Shown here: in pieces, positions 29,650 through 38,644 of the stretch | Layout: each line of letters opens with the position of its first letter | How positions within the stretch are numbered: the stretch's first letter is position 1 | Assembly: GCA_015069415.1 (NCBI GenBank) | Contig: SVIQ01000001.1 | Span: 11,860-75,859 of the forward strand | Length of the DNA stretch: 64,000 nt | Reading direction: 5' to 3' | Source of the DNA: Clostridiales bacterium | Lineage (GTDB): Bacteria > Bacillota > Clostridia > Christensenellales > UBA1242 | Notes under the pieces: generated by a model | What the model was told of the DNA's origin: nothing | Seen by the model: the letters and a program-made list of their open reading frames with translations, nothing else | Databases searched by the model: none | Made by a program: the position numbers and the translations under genes

Positions 29650-30537
29650 ATGGCAGAGTTAAAATTATTTAAAGTTGGTAATGAAGTAAAAGAATTAAAA
29701 TCAAGTAGTGCAACTATTGAGAAAGAATTACAAAACACTATTGAAAAGAACATGTATGATTTTTTTGGTGTTAGGTTTTTACAAAGTGAATATAGAATTG
29801 ATAACGGCAGAATGGATTCTATTGGCATTGATGAAAACAATTGCCCTGTAATATTTGAATACAAATGCCACTCTAACGAAAATGTTATCAATCAAGGCTT
29901 ATTTTATCTAAATTGGCTACTTGAGCATAAAGCCAATTTTAAGTTGTTAGTAATTGAAAAATTAGGAATTAAAGAAGCTGAAGAAATTGATTGGTCTATG
30001 CCAAGAGTTATTTGCATTGCTGGAGATTTTAATAAATATGATGAAGAAGCAATTAAGCAAATCAATAGGAATGTTTCTTTAATTAGATATAAAAAGTATG
30101 AAAACGATTTGTTATTGTTTGAATTATTAAACACAAATACAGTAGCTCCACTTGAAACAGAAAAAGACATTGTTAGTAAAAAACAAGTAGATAAAACTTT
30201 TACTGAACAATACGAAAATGCTCCTGTTAAATTTAAAGACATCTTTAATGAATTAAAAGAGTTCGCGTTAAGTTTGGGTGATGATGTTTCCGATAACACT
30301 TTAAAGTTGTATATGGCTTTCAAAAAAATTAAAAACTTCGCAACGATGGAAATTTATCAAGGGAAAATACTTGTTAATTTTAAATTAAATCCCGACAACT
30401 TCCAATTAACTGATACATTAAGAGATGTTAGAAATATCGGTCATTGGGGTTGCGGAGATTTACAATTAATAATTAAATCTGAAAAAGATGTTGAATTGGC
30501 AAAAACATTATTACAAAATGCTTACGAGGAGAATTAA
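29650..30537 (+). CDS. PD-(D/E)xK nuclease-fold protein (NucS/DUF91-like N-domain) with DUF5655-like C-terminal domain
   Basis: GRMDSIGIDENNCPVIFEYK places D56, E70 and K72, followed by QGLFYLNWL. The C-terminal half (KFKDIFNELKEFALSLGDDV...LYMAFKK) looks DUF5655-like. ATG at 29650 follows AAAGGAG. Confidence 0.6.
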   Translation: MAELKLFKVGNEVKELKSSSATIEKELQNTIEKNMYDFFGVRFLQSEYRIDNGRMDSIGIDENNCPVIFEYKCHSNENVINQGLFYLNWLLEHKANFKLLVIEKLGIKEAEEIDWSMPRVICIAGDFNKYDEEAIKQINRNVSLIRYKKYENDLLLFELLNTNTVAPLETEKDIVSKKQVDKTFTEQYENAPVKFKDIFNELKEFALSLGDDVSDNTLKLYMAFKKIKNFATMEIYQGKILVNFKLNPDNFQLTDTLRDVRNIGHWGCGDLQLIIKSEKDVELAKTLLQNAYEEN

Positions 30538-31359
30538 ATGCTATTAACACAAATTAAAGATAAATTTTACGATGATTTTTTAAAAGAGCCAACCAAAGAC
30601 AAATTGCAACAATTTTTTAAAAACAATTTTGGAGAACTAAATTTTGTTGACTTTAAAGAAACTTGGATACATAAAGGCCATTTAGCAAAAACTATTTTAG
30701 CAATGGCAAACTCAAGAGGAGGAATAATAGTTTTTGGTGTTAAAGAAAATGAAGATCATACAATAACACCAATAGGATTACAAAGTTTTGAAGACAAAGG
30801 AGAAATAGGACAAGAACTTTCAAAATATATAACTCCTAATTTAGATTGGATTGTTTTGGATTTTAATTACGACTCTCCTTTATATGAGGCATCCTTAAAT
30901 ACAAAATTTCAAATTTTAGTAGTTAACGATACACCTGAAAGATTACCTTTTATATCTATGTCAGAAACAACAGGTTTAGATAAAGATGTTATTTATATAA
31001 GAAGAGATACTAAATGCGAAAAAGCTAATTCGGAGGAAATTGAAAACCTTATATCTGCAAAAATTGAAACAATCTTTAAAGAAGATTCAAATATGACATT
31101 AGAAAAACATTTGTCTCAATTAAAATGCTTATATAATGAATTGCCACAAAAAGTTAAAAAATTGGTTCGTAGGTCAGATAGTGTATTGTCTTCTACCTTG
31201 ATGGCATTTGGACAATCGGCATATAAACTACTATATGGTGAAAATGAATATGAAGAGGTTGATAATCCTGACTACCCTGAAGAAACTTACGAAGCATTCA
31301 TTGTTAGAATGATAAAAATGAAAAAACTTAAAATTGAAAAGGTTTTAGATTTAAAATAG
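30538..31359 (+). CDS. stand-alone AlbA_2 / Schlafen-like domain protein
   Basis: ELNFVDFKETW...LAKTILAMANSRGGIIVFGVKEN matches the AlbA_2 core (E.EFK ... AFANt.GG.i.iGv). The ATG directly abuts the TAA of the upstream gene. Confidence 0.6.
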   Translation: MLLTQIKDKFYDDFLKEPTKDKLQQFFKNNFGELNFVDFKETWIHKGHLAKTILAMANSRGGIIVFGVKENEDHTITPIGLQSFEDKGEIGQELSKYITPNLDWIVLDFNYDSPLYEASLNTKFQILVVNDTPERLPFISMSETTGLDKDVIYIRRDTKCEKANSEEIENLISAKIETIFKEDSNMTLEKHLSQLKCLYNELPQKVKKLVRRSDSVLSSTLMAFGQSAYKLLYGENEYEEVDNPDYPEETYEAFIVRMIKMKKLKIEKVLDLK

Positions 31360-31388
31360 GTTATTGAATAAAAATGATACATAAATAT

Positions 31389-31420
31389 GCGGTTCGGTTC
31401 GAGTCCCTAATGCCTCGCCA
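31389..31420 (+). repeat. orphan tRNA 3'-end fragment (scar F2)
   Basis: GGTTCGGTTCGAGTCCCTAATGCCTCGCCA contains a T-loop, acceptor 3' strand and CCA. There is no matching 5' half upstream. Confidence 0.6.
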
Positions 31421-31427
31421 ATCGCAA

Positions 31428-31458
31428 CCTAAATCGAACTTTCGATTTGGGTGTTTTT
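31428..31458 (+). terminator. terminator following scar F2 (also ends the two-gene cassette)
   Basis: CCTAAATCGAA/TTCGATTTGGG 11-bp stem followed by a T-run. Confidence 0.8.
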
Positions 31459-31479
31459 ATAAATAAAAAAGTTTGAGAT

Positions 31480-31569
31480 TTATTTCTCAAACTCTTCACA
31501 ACTCACTCCATTTGGATCTGGGAATGGGGCAAATTTCTGTTTCTTAATAACATCTACTTTTTTCTTCAT
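31480..31569 (-). CDS. possible 29-aa ORF (MKKKVDVIKKQKFAPFPDPNGVSCEEFEK)
   Basis: GGAG SD. The stop lies inside the hairpin GTTTGAGA/TCTCAAAC (31471-31492), which has a T-run on the minus strand. Confidence 0.3.
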   Translation of the reverse strand: MKKKVDVIKKQKFAPFPDPNGVSCEEFEK

Positions 31570-31682
31570 ATTTTTAACTCCGATTATTTTTTCTATTATA
31601 ACAACTAATCATAAAAAAGTCAATATTATATAAATAAAGTTTTAGTCATTTGAAATATTTAATAATTCGTTTTACGTTACAT

Positions 31683-31694
31683 ACTCTCCGCCAA
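31683..31694 (+). repeat. exact 12-nt copy of tRNA-Ser(GCU) 3' end (scar F3)
   Basis: ACTCTCCGCCAA equals 29471-29482. Confidence 0.55.
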
Positions 31695-31797
31695 TGTCAC
31701 AATATGTGGTATTTTTTATTTTCTAATCATGACTATATATTGTAATAAAATTTCATAAAAACAGTATTATGCATGGTATGTAGGTAATAAAAAATTA

Positions 31798-31849
31798 TAT
31801 ATATAAAAAAAGAAATGACTTAAAAACGCCTTTTCTTTTTTTATATATA
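31798..31849 (-). terminator. 18-bp perfect inverted repeat downstream of the 31878-33194 gene
   Basis: TATATATAAAAAAAGAAA (31798-31815) pairs with TTTCTTTTTTTATATATA (31832-31849). Confidence 0.5.
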
Positions 31850-31877
31850 ACGTTATTAAAGCAAGTTGGTCTTATTA

Positions 31878-33194
31878 TCAACAATCGTTATTAGAGAAAT
31901 TTTTAAATTTTATATTCGGAGAATTGCAGAAGAAATCTGAACTATACGCCTCGTTTGGAACTCTTCCTACTTTTGTATTGTCGCTTTTCCTATCTCTTAA
32001 TTGCTCAACAGGATTTGGAGCTACTTCAAATCGATAATCCCTACCGTAGCCTCTAATATGGAAATCTATAACATTGTGTGATGGTACAATTTCAGGACTA
32101 GGATTTATAATGTTTTGATACAAGAAGAAATTTGCGTCTTTCGGCAGTTGGTTTATGTTTATGTATTCTTCGCAGTCGCCAGTAAATTGAACTGTATTAT
32201 TTAAAATGTTTCTTACATACTCAATATTTTCATGCAATGAAATTGGTTCTGGGAATTCTCCGTCAGGTATAACATCTTGCCAGCTTTTATTTTCATATTT
32301 TTCTAACAACTCACAAGCTTTATGAAGATGGGCAATCTCCATATGAAGATGTTCTTCCCAAATATCTTTTACATATGGATCGGTTTCAGTTAAATAACAT
32401 GACCAATATAAATAACATTCGGTATATTCGTGCCACAACAACATTTCAAGCCATGTCGCACCTGAATCCATTAGTGATTCATATTGTGTAACATGTTCTT
32501 CTTCCACCTGCGAAATTTCCATGTAGAGTTTTCTTGCAAGATCGCTTTTCACAAGATTAGTTACATTCATGTAATAATTCATCGTTTGTTGTTCCGCTGC
32601 AGTGATAATCATTGTGTTAAGCACAGATTGTTTATCCATTTTCTTTGAATTCATTGCAATTTTCACATTGTCTACATTAAGTCTGTGATGAGCAATAGTT
32701 GGTCTACCCGGCATAATTTCCGTATATCTTCCAACCAATCTTTCTGCTTTTATACCTTGCTCCATCTCTAGCAAATTGGAAAAACGATAAAGATGATCAA
32801 AATCTTCAAGTAAGGCAAAATCTAAAGCTTTTTTTACATAGCAATCCGTTTCTCTTTTTGCAAGTTCAGCAGTCAAATCCACCGCCAGCTGTTCATAGCT
32901 TATCGTATGTTCTAAAATACTTTCATTAGCCGGTTTTAACAAAGACAATCTAATTTGTTGTTGTTTTTCAATAGAACGCGTTAGCGCGAGTTCTCTACGC
33001 AAATCATTATTTGTTGTATGCCTAGCAAAATTGTGCGAAAACCAATTTGCTTCAAACTCTGTACCGTTCATTAAGATAATTCTTGCTTTGGTGTAAGGGT
33101 CAACAATGTTCTTGTTGTATGGTTTTGGATAAAGTTGTTTCCAATTCTTGAAACTACTAAATAGATTCATGGGTTTTTCTTTAAATGGATTCAT
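31878..33194 (-). CDS. ferritin-like diiron-carboxylate superfamily protein (family uncertain)
   Basis: Repeated E...ExxH elements (ESILEH, QVEEEHV, EEHLHMEIAHLH). AAAGGAGG SD. Confidence 0.5.
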   Translation of the reverse strand: MNPFKEKPMNLFSSFKNWKQLYPKPYNKNIVDPYTKARIILMNGTEFEANWFSHNFARHTTNNDLRRELALTRSIEKQQQIRLSLLKPANESILEHTISYEQLAVDLTAELAKRETDCYVKKALDFALLEDFDHLYRFSNLLEMEQGIKAERLVGRYTEIMPGRPTIAHHRLNVDNVKIAMNSKKMDKQSVLNTMIITAAEQQTMNYYMNVTNLVKSDLARKLYMEISQVEEEHVTQYESLMDSGATWLEMLLWHEYTECYLYWSCYLTETDPYVKDIWEEHLHMEIAHLHKACELLEKYENKSWQDVIPDGEFPEPISLHENIEYVRNILNNTVQFTGDCEEYININQLPKDANFFLYQNIINPSPEIVPSHNVIDFHIRGYGRDYRFEVAPNPVEQLRDRKSDNTKVGRVPNEAYSSDFFCNSPNIKFKNFSNNDC

Positions 33195-33337
33195 ATTCCT
33201 CCTTTAATTCTTATCTTTAAATTAATATGAAATATTTTAAAAATGTGACAATCTCGAATTGTTTTGTAATTTCTTTAGAATAAGACACAATATAATTATA
33301 AGAAGAATCTCATGAAAATAATTTATGTTCAAATTTT

Positions 33338-33369
33338 ATAATTTCACAAAAAAAAACTATTGAATTCAA
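33338..33369 (-). terminator. terminator of the 33378-33977 gene
   Basis: AACTATTGAATTCAATAGTT palindrome flanked by an A-run and a T-run. Confidence 0.7.
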
Positions 33370-33377
33370 TAGTTTTT

Positions 33378-33977
33378 TTATTTCTTATTAGTTTTATTTA
33401 AATATTCTTCTACTGCCTTATCTAACGCATTTTCTTCAAGAAGAATTGACTTGTTATGCTTTTTTAGATACTTTGTCCAACTTTTATAAGCAGTAAGTAT
33501 TCCGTTATAAAATTGAATATTAGGTAAAATTTCCACTTTTTGTACATACTTATTGTTTACAAAAACAAAGAACATATAATTAAACATATCGTCAATAAAA
33601 TTAAATGCAAGAATATCTCTGTTTATTGTAGTTGACAAAGCTTCTAACCATTGAGCATATGTCAAAATACCTTTGTAATCATCTTTAGTAAAAGACGATG
33701 TTTTGCGTCTTATATCGTCATCGCACTTTTTCTGAATATCAATTAAATCTGGAGTTTCAGTGAAATTATTCCAAAATTCTAACAAAAAGCTCGCTTCATT
33801 TATGTCTTTATCTCTTCTAAATTGTAAAAATAATGCCACAGCACCAACAACTGCGGTAATAAGCGTAATAACTTCTGCAATCCTACTACCAAGACTTTCA
33901 TCTAAGAGTAACGTAGAAAATAATCCAATACAGATTAAAAATATTGATGAAAATGTAATTAATGATTGTTTCTTCAT
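33378..33977 (-). CDS. hypothetical membrane-anchored protein
   Basis: Two N-terminal TM helices followed by a soluble domain; no motif recognised. Confidence 0.45.
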   Translation of the reverse strand: MKKQSLITFSSIFLICIGLFSTLLLDESLGSRIAEVITLITAVVGAVALFLQFRRDKDINEASFLLEFWNNFTETPDLIDIQKKCDDDIRRKTSSFTKDDYKGILTYAQWLEALSTTINRDILAFNFIDDMFNYMFFVFVNNKYVQKVEILPNIQFYNGILTAYKSWTKYLKKHNKSILLEENALDKAVEEYLNKTNKK

Positions 33978-34065
33978 AATTCTCCCCTCTATCTAATAAT
34001 ATCATTTTGTAAAAACATATGTCAACAAATTATATGAATATTTGTTGATTTGCTATCGGATAAAA

Positions 34066-34090
34066 TAAAAAAAATTCGTACTGAGTACGA
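34066..34090 (-). terminator. terminator of the glycosyltransferase/acyltransferase operon
   Basis: TCGTAC/GTACGA hairpin with a T-run on the minus strand. Confidence 0.65.
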
Positions 34091-34094
34091 TTTT

Positions 34095-35009
34095 TTATTT
34101 TTCGATATTTATAGTTTCTGAAACAATATAATCAGGTCTTCCTTTTACTTCTTGATAAATTCTACCTAAGTACGTATTTGAAAACGACTGAATCATAAAT
34201 AACAGACTGAACAGCATTCCTATTGTTGGGAACAACCATGCCGAAACTGGAAGGTAAATTTTAAACATTGCAAGAGTCGTAAAGACAGTTAAGCAAATTT
34301 GACTTGCAATATTTATTAATGTTCCCAACCAAAAAGCAAGACACAAAGGCCAAGTAGAATTTCCTATAATTCCAGCGCTTGCAAATCCCATTGCTTTTTT
34401 GAAAATATTTTTCCCACTTTTGGATTTTACTTTGCTTGAATATTGGACAGTTGCTTGTTTAAATCCTACCCAAGAAGTAACAGCGACAATTTGTTTATCT
34501 TGTTCTGTTAATGAACAAATTTCATTTACGACTTTTTTGTCATACAATTTAAATTCATCAGTATCTAATGGGATATCAATTTTGGAAACCCAGAACAAAA
34601 ATTTTAAATATATGCGTTTAAAAAATCTAGTAAAAGCATTGCTTTTTGCTTTGTTTTGAACATGAACAACTTCATTTCCTTGTTTCCATTTCTCAATCAT
34701 TTGAGGAATTAGATTTAACGGTAAATCAAGTTTCACATCTAGCTCAATCACGCAATCGCCTTTTGCATTTTTAAATCCACAAACGAGAGCCGATTGTTGA
34801 CCAAAATTTCTACTTAAAGTTATAACTTTTACATTTTTGTTTTGAGCAAAATCTTTTAATAATTCTGGAGTTTTATCTTTACTCCCATCATCTACAAAAA
34901 TGATTTCATAATCACTATTCAAAGATTCAACAACAGGCATTAATTTTTGATAAAAATCTTTTAAATCTTTCTCTTCATTGTAACAAGGCACAACAAAACT
35001 AATTTTCAT
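34095..35009 (-). CDS. family 2 glycosyltransferase with two C-terminal TM helices (GtrB/CsbB-like polyprenyl-phosphate glycosyltransferase)
   Basis: ISFVVPCYNEE, VDDGSKD, a DxD-like region, and a hydrophobic C-terminal pair. Confidence 0.7.
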   Translation of the reverse strand: MKISFVVPCYNEEKDLKDFYQKLMPVVESLNSDYEIIFVDDGSKDKTPELLKDFAQNKNVKVITLSRNFGQQSALVCGFKNAKGDCVIELDVKLDLPLNLIPQMIEKWKQGNEVVHVQNKAKSNAFTRFFKRIYLKFLFWVSKIDIPLDTDEFKLYDKKVVNEICSLTEQDKQIVAVTSWVGFKQATVQYSSKVKSKSGKNIFKKAMGFASAGIIGNSTWPLCLAFWLGTLINIASQICLTVFTTLAMFKIYLPVSAWLFPTIGMLFSLLFMIQSFSNTYLGRIYQEVKGRPDYIVSETINIEK

Positions 35010-35019
35010 AAAAATCCTT

Positions 35020-35913
35020 TTAGTTTTTTAGAGTTGTGTATTCTAATTTTTTTCCGTAAAAATCTTCATACACCTTAACCCACATTTCGTAGTTTAAATC
35101 TTTCATATATTTAATGTTTTCTTTAGCACTCAATTCAGCCTTTGGATAAATTGGTTCAAGAATATGTACAGTATGCGTAATAATCGGTCTTTTTTCTTTA
35201 GTTTTCTTGTCTGTAAATTCACTATTCTCAAGCGTTATGAAAACAGGCAGAACTGGAACATTGTTTTTAACAGCAAATTTAAAAGCTCCATCCTTTAGAG
35301 GCTTTGGTTTTTTGTAGTCTGGCCACATACTTTCTTCCGGATAAACCAAAATGAATTCGCCTTTCTTTAGCATGTTGTCAACTGCTCTTAAAAATAATTT
35401 CATAGTTTGCATATTAGAACTTAACGGCAAAACTCCACAATTTTTCATAAAGAACTTTAGAACTGGTGGATTTGTGTAATTTCCTTCTCTCACTACTCTG
35501 TACAATCTTTTCTTGCCACAAGCTTTCATCACTTTTTGCATAATGAAACTGTCTGTAGCACCGAAATGATTACATGTCAAAATAGCCCCAGTTTTAAGTT
35601 TTGTCCAATTTCCAATTCCTTTAATTTCTTTAATTGCAAACATTCCTTTTTTCATGAAATTGTTAATTCCAATTTGAGAAAGCCAGTTAGCAATTTTAAA
35701 TTTAATTTTAGTAGACAATTTCTTTTGTTCGTAGTCTATTTCGTCTGGCAACAATTCATATGTTGGAGGATCATTTAAAACGTCAACATCAAATTTCCCA
35801 ACACGTTCTAAAAGCTCAATTCTTTCTTCTGTTGAGAGATTGTCCCAACCTACTTCTTTTTTCCATTCTGCATTTTCATCGGTAAGAACAACCAACTTCT
35901 TTTCCTTCTTCAT
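35020..35913 (-). CDS. lysophospholipid acyltransferase (LPLAT/PlsC) family protein
   Basis: HxxxxD as NHFGATD, and a PEES motif (VYPEESMW). Confidence 0.65.
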   Translation of the reverse strand: MKKEKKLVVLTDENAEWKKEVGWDNLSTEERIELLERVGKFDVDVLNDPPTYELLPDEIDYEQKKLSTKIKFKIANWLSQIGINNFMKKGMFAIKEIKGIGNWTKLKTGAILTCNHFGATDSFIMQKVMKACGKKRLYRVVREGNYTNPPVLKFFMKNCGVLPLSSNMQTMKLFLRAVDNMLKKGEFILVYPEESMWPDYKKPKPLKDGAFKFAVKNNVPVLPVFITLENSEFTDKKTKEKRPIITHTVHILEPIYPKAELSAKENIKYMKDLNYEMWVKVYEDFYGKKLEYTTLKN

Positions 35914-35957
35914 TATTTTCTCCTTGATTTGTTAAACAAAATCATTTTTCATATCAT

Positions 35958-36950
35958 CTAAATGTTTGCCATTACAGTTTGAACAAATTGAAATCCAGAG
36001 AAACCTTCATCTTCGTCTTTAGGTTTTATGAAAGTGTTGTAGTAATTATTAGGATTTTCACCTTCAGCAACAATCATATCCATAAATCCATTGAAATTGT
36101 CAACGTCTTTTTTGTATTTTTCAGCTGAGTAATTATCTCTAATGTTATGAATGTAATCTTTAAATTCTGTCATATCAACATATTTCCAGAATTCGTCCCC
36201 ATAAGGAACTTCAGCATGCCAAGGTTTCCAGATTAAATTATAATGAATTAAATGAATATCCTTAACATCAACATCTTCCGTACAAGGCATTTTATCCCAC
36301 AAACCTGAAATGTAATGAACTTGATCTTTACAAATAACATTCAAATAATCTTGATCTTGAACAACAAATTTATATTTAGCAAGCAAATCAATGAATTGTT
36401 CTTCAAATCCTTGTCTTCTCATTTCTTTTAAATTCATTACTAAAACACCAGCATTGAAATAATTTTTATGAGTTGAAAATCCTAATCCCTTAGAAATGTA
36501 AGGTTGAACTTTTTCCCAATTAGCAACGAATTCGTCAGTTGTTGCTCCAACTAAATTATTTCCAATGTCAATATTGTATAAATCTGCAACATCGCTTCTT
36601 ATTACAATATCTGGATCTAAATACAATGCTTTGTCATAATTTGGGAACAAAGATGTTATAAACAATCTGTAATAAGTAACTTTTGTGTAATAAATACATG
36701 TATGTAATGTTTGTTCTAATTTTGAAAGCGAAGGAGTAACATCTACAAAATCAACAGAAATGTTATCGCTTTCGTATTTTTTAATTTTTTCAATGTTTTC
36801 AGCACTTATTCCACTGTTCAAAACTTTTACTACGTATTTGTAATCTGGTGAACAATTTTCTCTCATAGATTCAAGTGTAACAGCAAGGAATGGAATGTAA
36901 TTGTCATCAGTTGCGGTAAAAATTGGAACTTCTTTTAATTTATTTGTCAT
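35958..36950 (-). CDS. family 8 glycosyltransferase
   Basis: TATDDNY, LYLDPDIVI (DxD) and YFNAGVLVMN. ATG at 36950 (MTNKLKEV) is preferred over the track start at 37022. Confidence 0.7.
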   Translation of the reverse strand: MTNKLKEVPIFTATDDNYIPFLAVTLESMRENCSPDYKYVVKVLNSGISAENIEKIKKYESDNISVDFVDVTPSLSKLEQTLHTCIYYTKVTYYRLFITSLFPNYDKALYLDPDIVIRSDVADLYNIDIGNNLVGATTDEFVANWEKVQPYISKGLGFSTHKNYFNAGVLVMNLKEMRRQGFEEQFIDLLAKYKFVVQDQDYLNVICKDQVHYISGLWDKMPCTEDVDVKDIHLIHYNLIWKPWHAEVPYGDEFWKYVDMTEFKDYIHNIRDNYSAEKYKKDVDNFNGFMDMIVAEGENPNNYYNTFIKPKDEDEGFSGFQFVQTVMANI

Positions 36951-37008
36951 AAAATTTCCTTTTAATGTTCTAAAATTTGTAAATAATTTTCTTGTTTTCT
37001 TAAAATTT

Positions 37009-37869
37009 TTATTTTTCATCATTTGCCCCTTTTTCTTGCATTAATTTTTGTCTTTCGTATAATTTTTTGTAATAAACGTACTCATAAAGCACATCGTCAA
37101 ATTTATAACAGCCAAACACTTTATGAATGTCACTAACTTTCCATGGTTTAATATTAACTGTTCTTGGATAAGGAAGTAATTTAAGAGTTTTGCAGAAGTG
37201 TCTAATAATAGTATCTTTCTTTAACCATTTTTGATCATTAAAACGTTGTGATAACAACATTTTCTTAGTTGTACAATTGTAAATAGCACTCTGATCAGAG
37301 AAAACCATATGTTTTTCATTGATCATTCTTCTTGCTTTTTCGAGAAGTTTTGTTTCTTTAATTCGTTTCATATTAAACAACAAAACGCCAGCATTAATAT
37401 AATCTGAGTGAAGGAATTTCTTACCGTAGTGATCTTTTGCCGCAGCATATTCATAATCACCTAAATCAATGTCGTAAAGCTTTCTTATGTCATCGTTTAC
37501 AAGCAAGTCAATATCTAAATATAACAACTTGTCTTCAGGCATACCTTCAACCTTGTCGGCAAGAAGTCTTAACAAAGTATAAGGAGTGCAATAACTTCCC
37601 TCATTTGGAGAACCTCCAAGTTCTGACTTGTAAAGCTCTGTAACATCCACTTTAACACATCTGCTTAATGGATTAGTTTCCTTTAGCATTTTGTCAATAA
37701 ATTCAATTTGATCATCTTCAATTGGTGTAAATTTTGGATTTAGATAACTTACATCCATTGTATAAACATAAGCTGTAATTGGCTCTTTGCAATACTTTTC
37801 AATCGACAACAAAGTTGTCATTACTCCATCAAACACATATGAATTTCCACTAAATAAAATATTAATCAT
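37009..37869 (-). CDS. family 8 glycosyltransferase
   Basis: LYLDIDLLV (DxD) and YINAGVLLFN. Confidence 0.65.
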   Translation of the reverse strand: MINILFSGNSYVFDGVMTTLLSIEKYCKEPITAYVYTMDVSYLNPKFTPIEDDQIEFIDKMLKETNPLSRCVKVDVTELYKSELGGSPNEGSYCTPYTLLRLLADKVEGMPEDKLLYLDIDLLVNDDIRKLYDIDLGDYEYAAAKDHYGKKFLHSDYINAGVLLFNMKRIKETKLLEKARRMINEKHMVFSDQSAIYNCTTKKMLLSQRFNDQKWLKKDTIIRHFCKTLKLLPYPRTVNIKPWKVSDIHKVFGCYKFDDVLYEYVYYKKLYERQKLMQEKGANDEK

Positions 37870-38644
37870 CTGTTTCCCCTTTTTTATATTCTATCATTTC
37901 AAAGTTACTATTTTTACTTCTCTCTAACATACATTCATAAATACGATTTCTTAAATCTTCTTGTTGTTCCTTTAAATTCAAATCTGAGTTTGGATAAAAA
38001 GGTCCATCAACATAAATAACTATTTTAGGTTTTTTCTTGTTTCCATTTTTTTGATACGTAGTTGTAAAACAAAACGAAGGTTCTTGAAATCTAGCTGGAT
38101 ATCTAAAAGATGTTGATTTAAATGGTCTAATACTTGTGTAATATGGCCAAATGTGAGCTTCTGGATAAATCACAACAGGATGTCCTTCAAGAATTCTTTT
38201 TTCCATAGCATTTACAAAATTTCGCGTTCCATCAACAGAACTTGGCAATGGCAAAGCTCCTAACATTTTAGTTGCTCCCCAAATTCCAGGCACATTCATG
38301 TTTTCACTTGCAACAACCATATATGTTCTTGTTGGAAAACTAATTGTATGAGGTGACAAAACATCACTCGCCTTGTTTGTGTGATTAGCGTAAACAAAAT
38401 AACCTTTACCTTTAAAATTCTTTAAAACTTTTCTGTTTACATATTTAACACCTCTAAACCATTTGTACATAAAAGCAATTGGTGTAGCAATTATACGGTA
38501 AGCAATAAAAGAGAAAAATTTGTAAATAGGATTTTTGTTGATATATTTGTAATTTGCACTTATCTCTTTAGGTTTAATTTTAGAGCCAGAAAATTCATCA
38601 TTCAATTCATCATTGTAATAAATCACTTGTTTTGTTTTTTCCAT
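37862..38644 (-). CDS. LPLAT/PlsC-family acyltransferase
   Basis: NHTNKASD (HxxxxD) and IYPEAHIW. Confidence 0.65.
   Translation of the reverse strand: MEKTKQVIYYNDELNDEFSGSKIKPKEISANYKYINKNPIYKFFSFIAYRIIATPIAFMYKWFRGVKYVNRKVLKNFKGKGYFVYANHTNKASDVLSPHTISFPTRTYMVVASENMNVPGIWGATKMLGALPLPSSVDGTRNFVNAMEKRILEGHPVVIYPEAHIWPYYTSIRPFKSTSFRYPARFQEPSFCFTTTYQKNGNKKKPKIVIYVDGPFYPNSDLNLKEQQEDLRNRIYECMLERSKNSNFEMIEYKKGETDD

Noticed and set aside
29482-31700. Intact mobile element (prophage, ICE or IS) at tRNA-Ser
   Set aside because: No integrase, recombinase, transposase, or replication or structural genes are present. Only att-like scars and two cargo genes remain, so I describe it as a remnant hotspot rather than a mobile element.
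31695-31720. Terminator following scar F3 (CACA-ATA-TGTG followed by a T-run)
   Set aside because: The stem is only 4 bp, which is too weak to call, unlike the clear terminators after F1 and F2.
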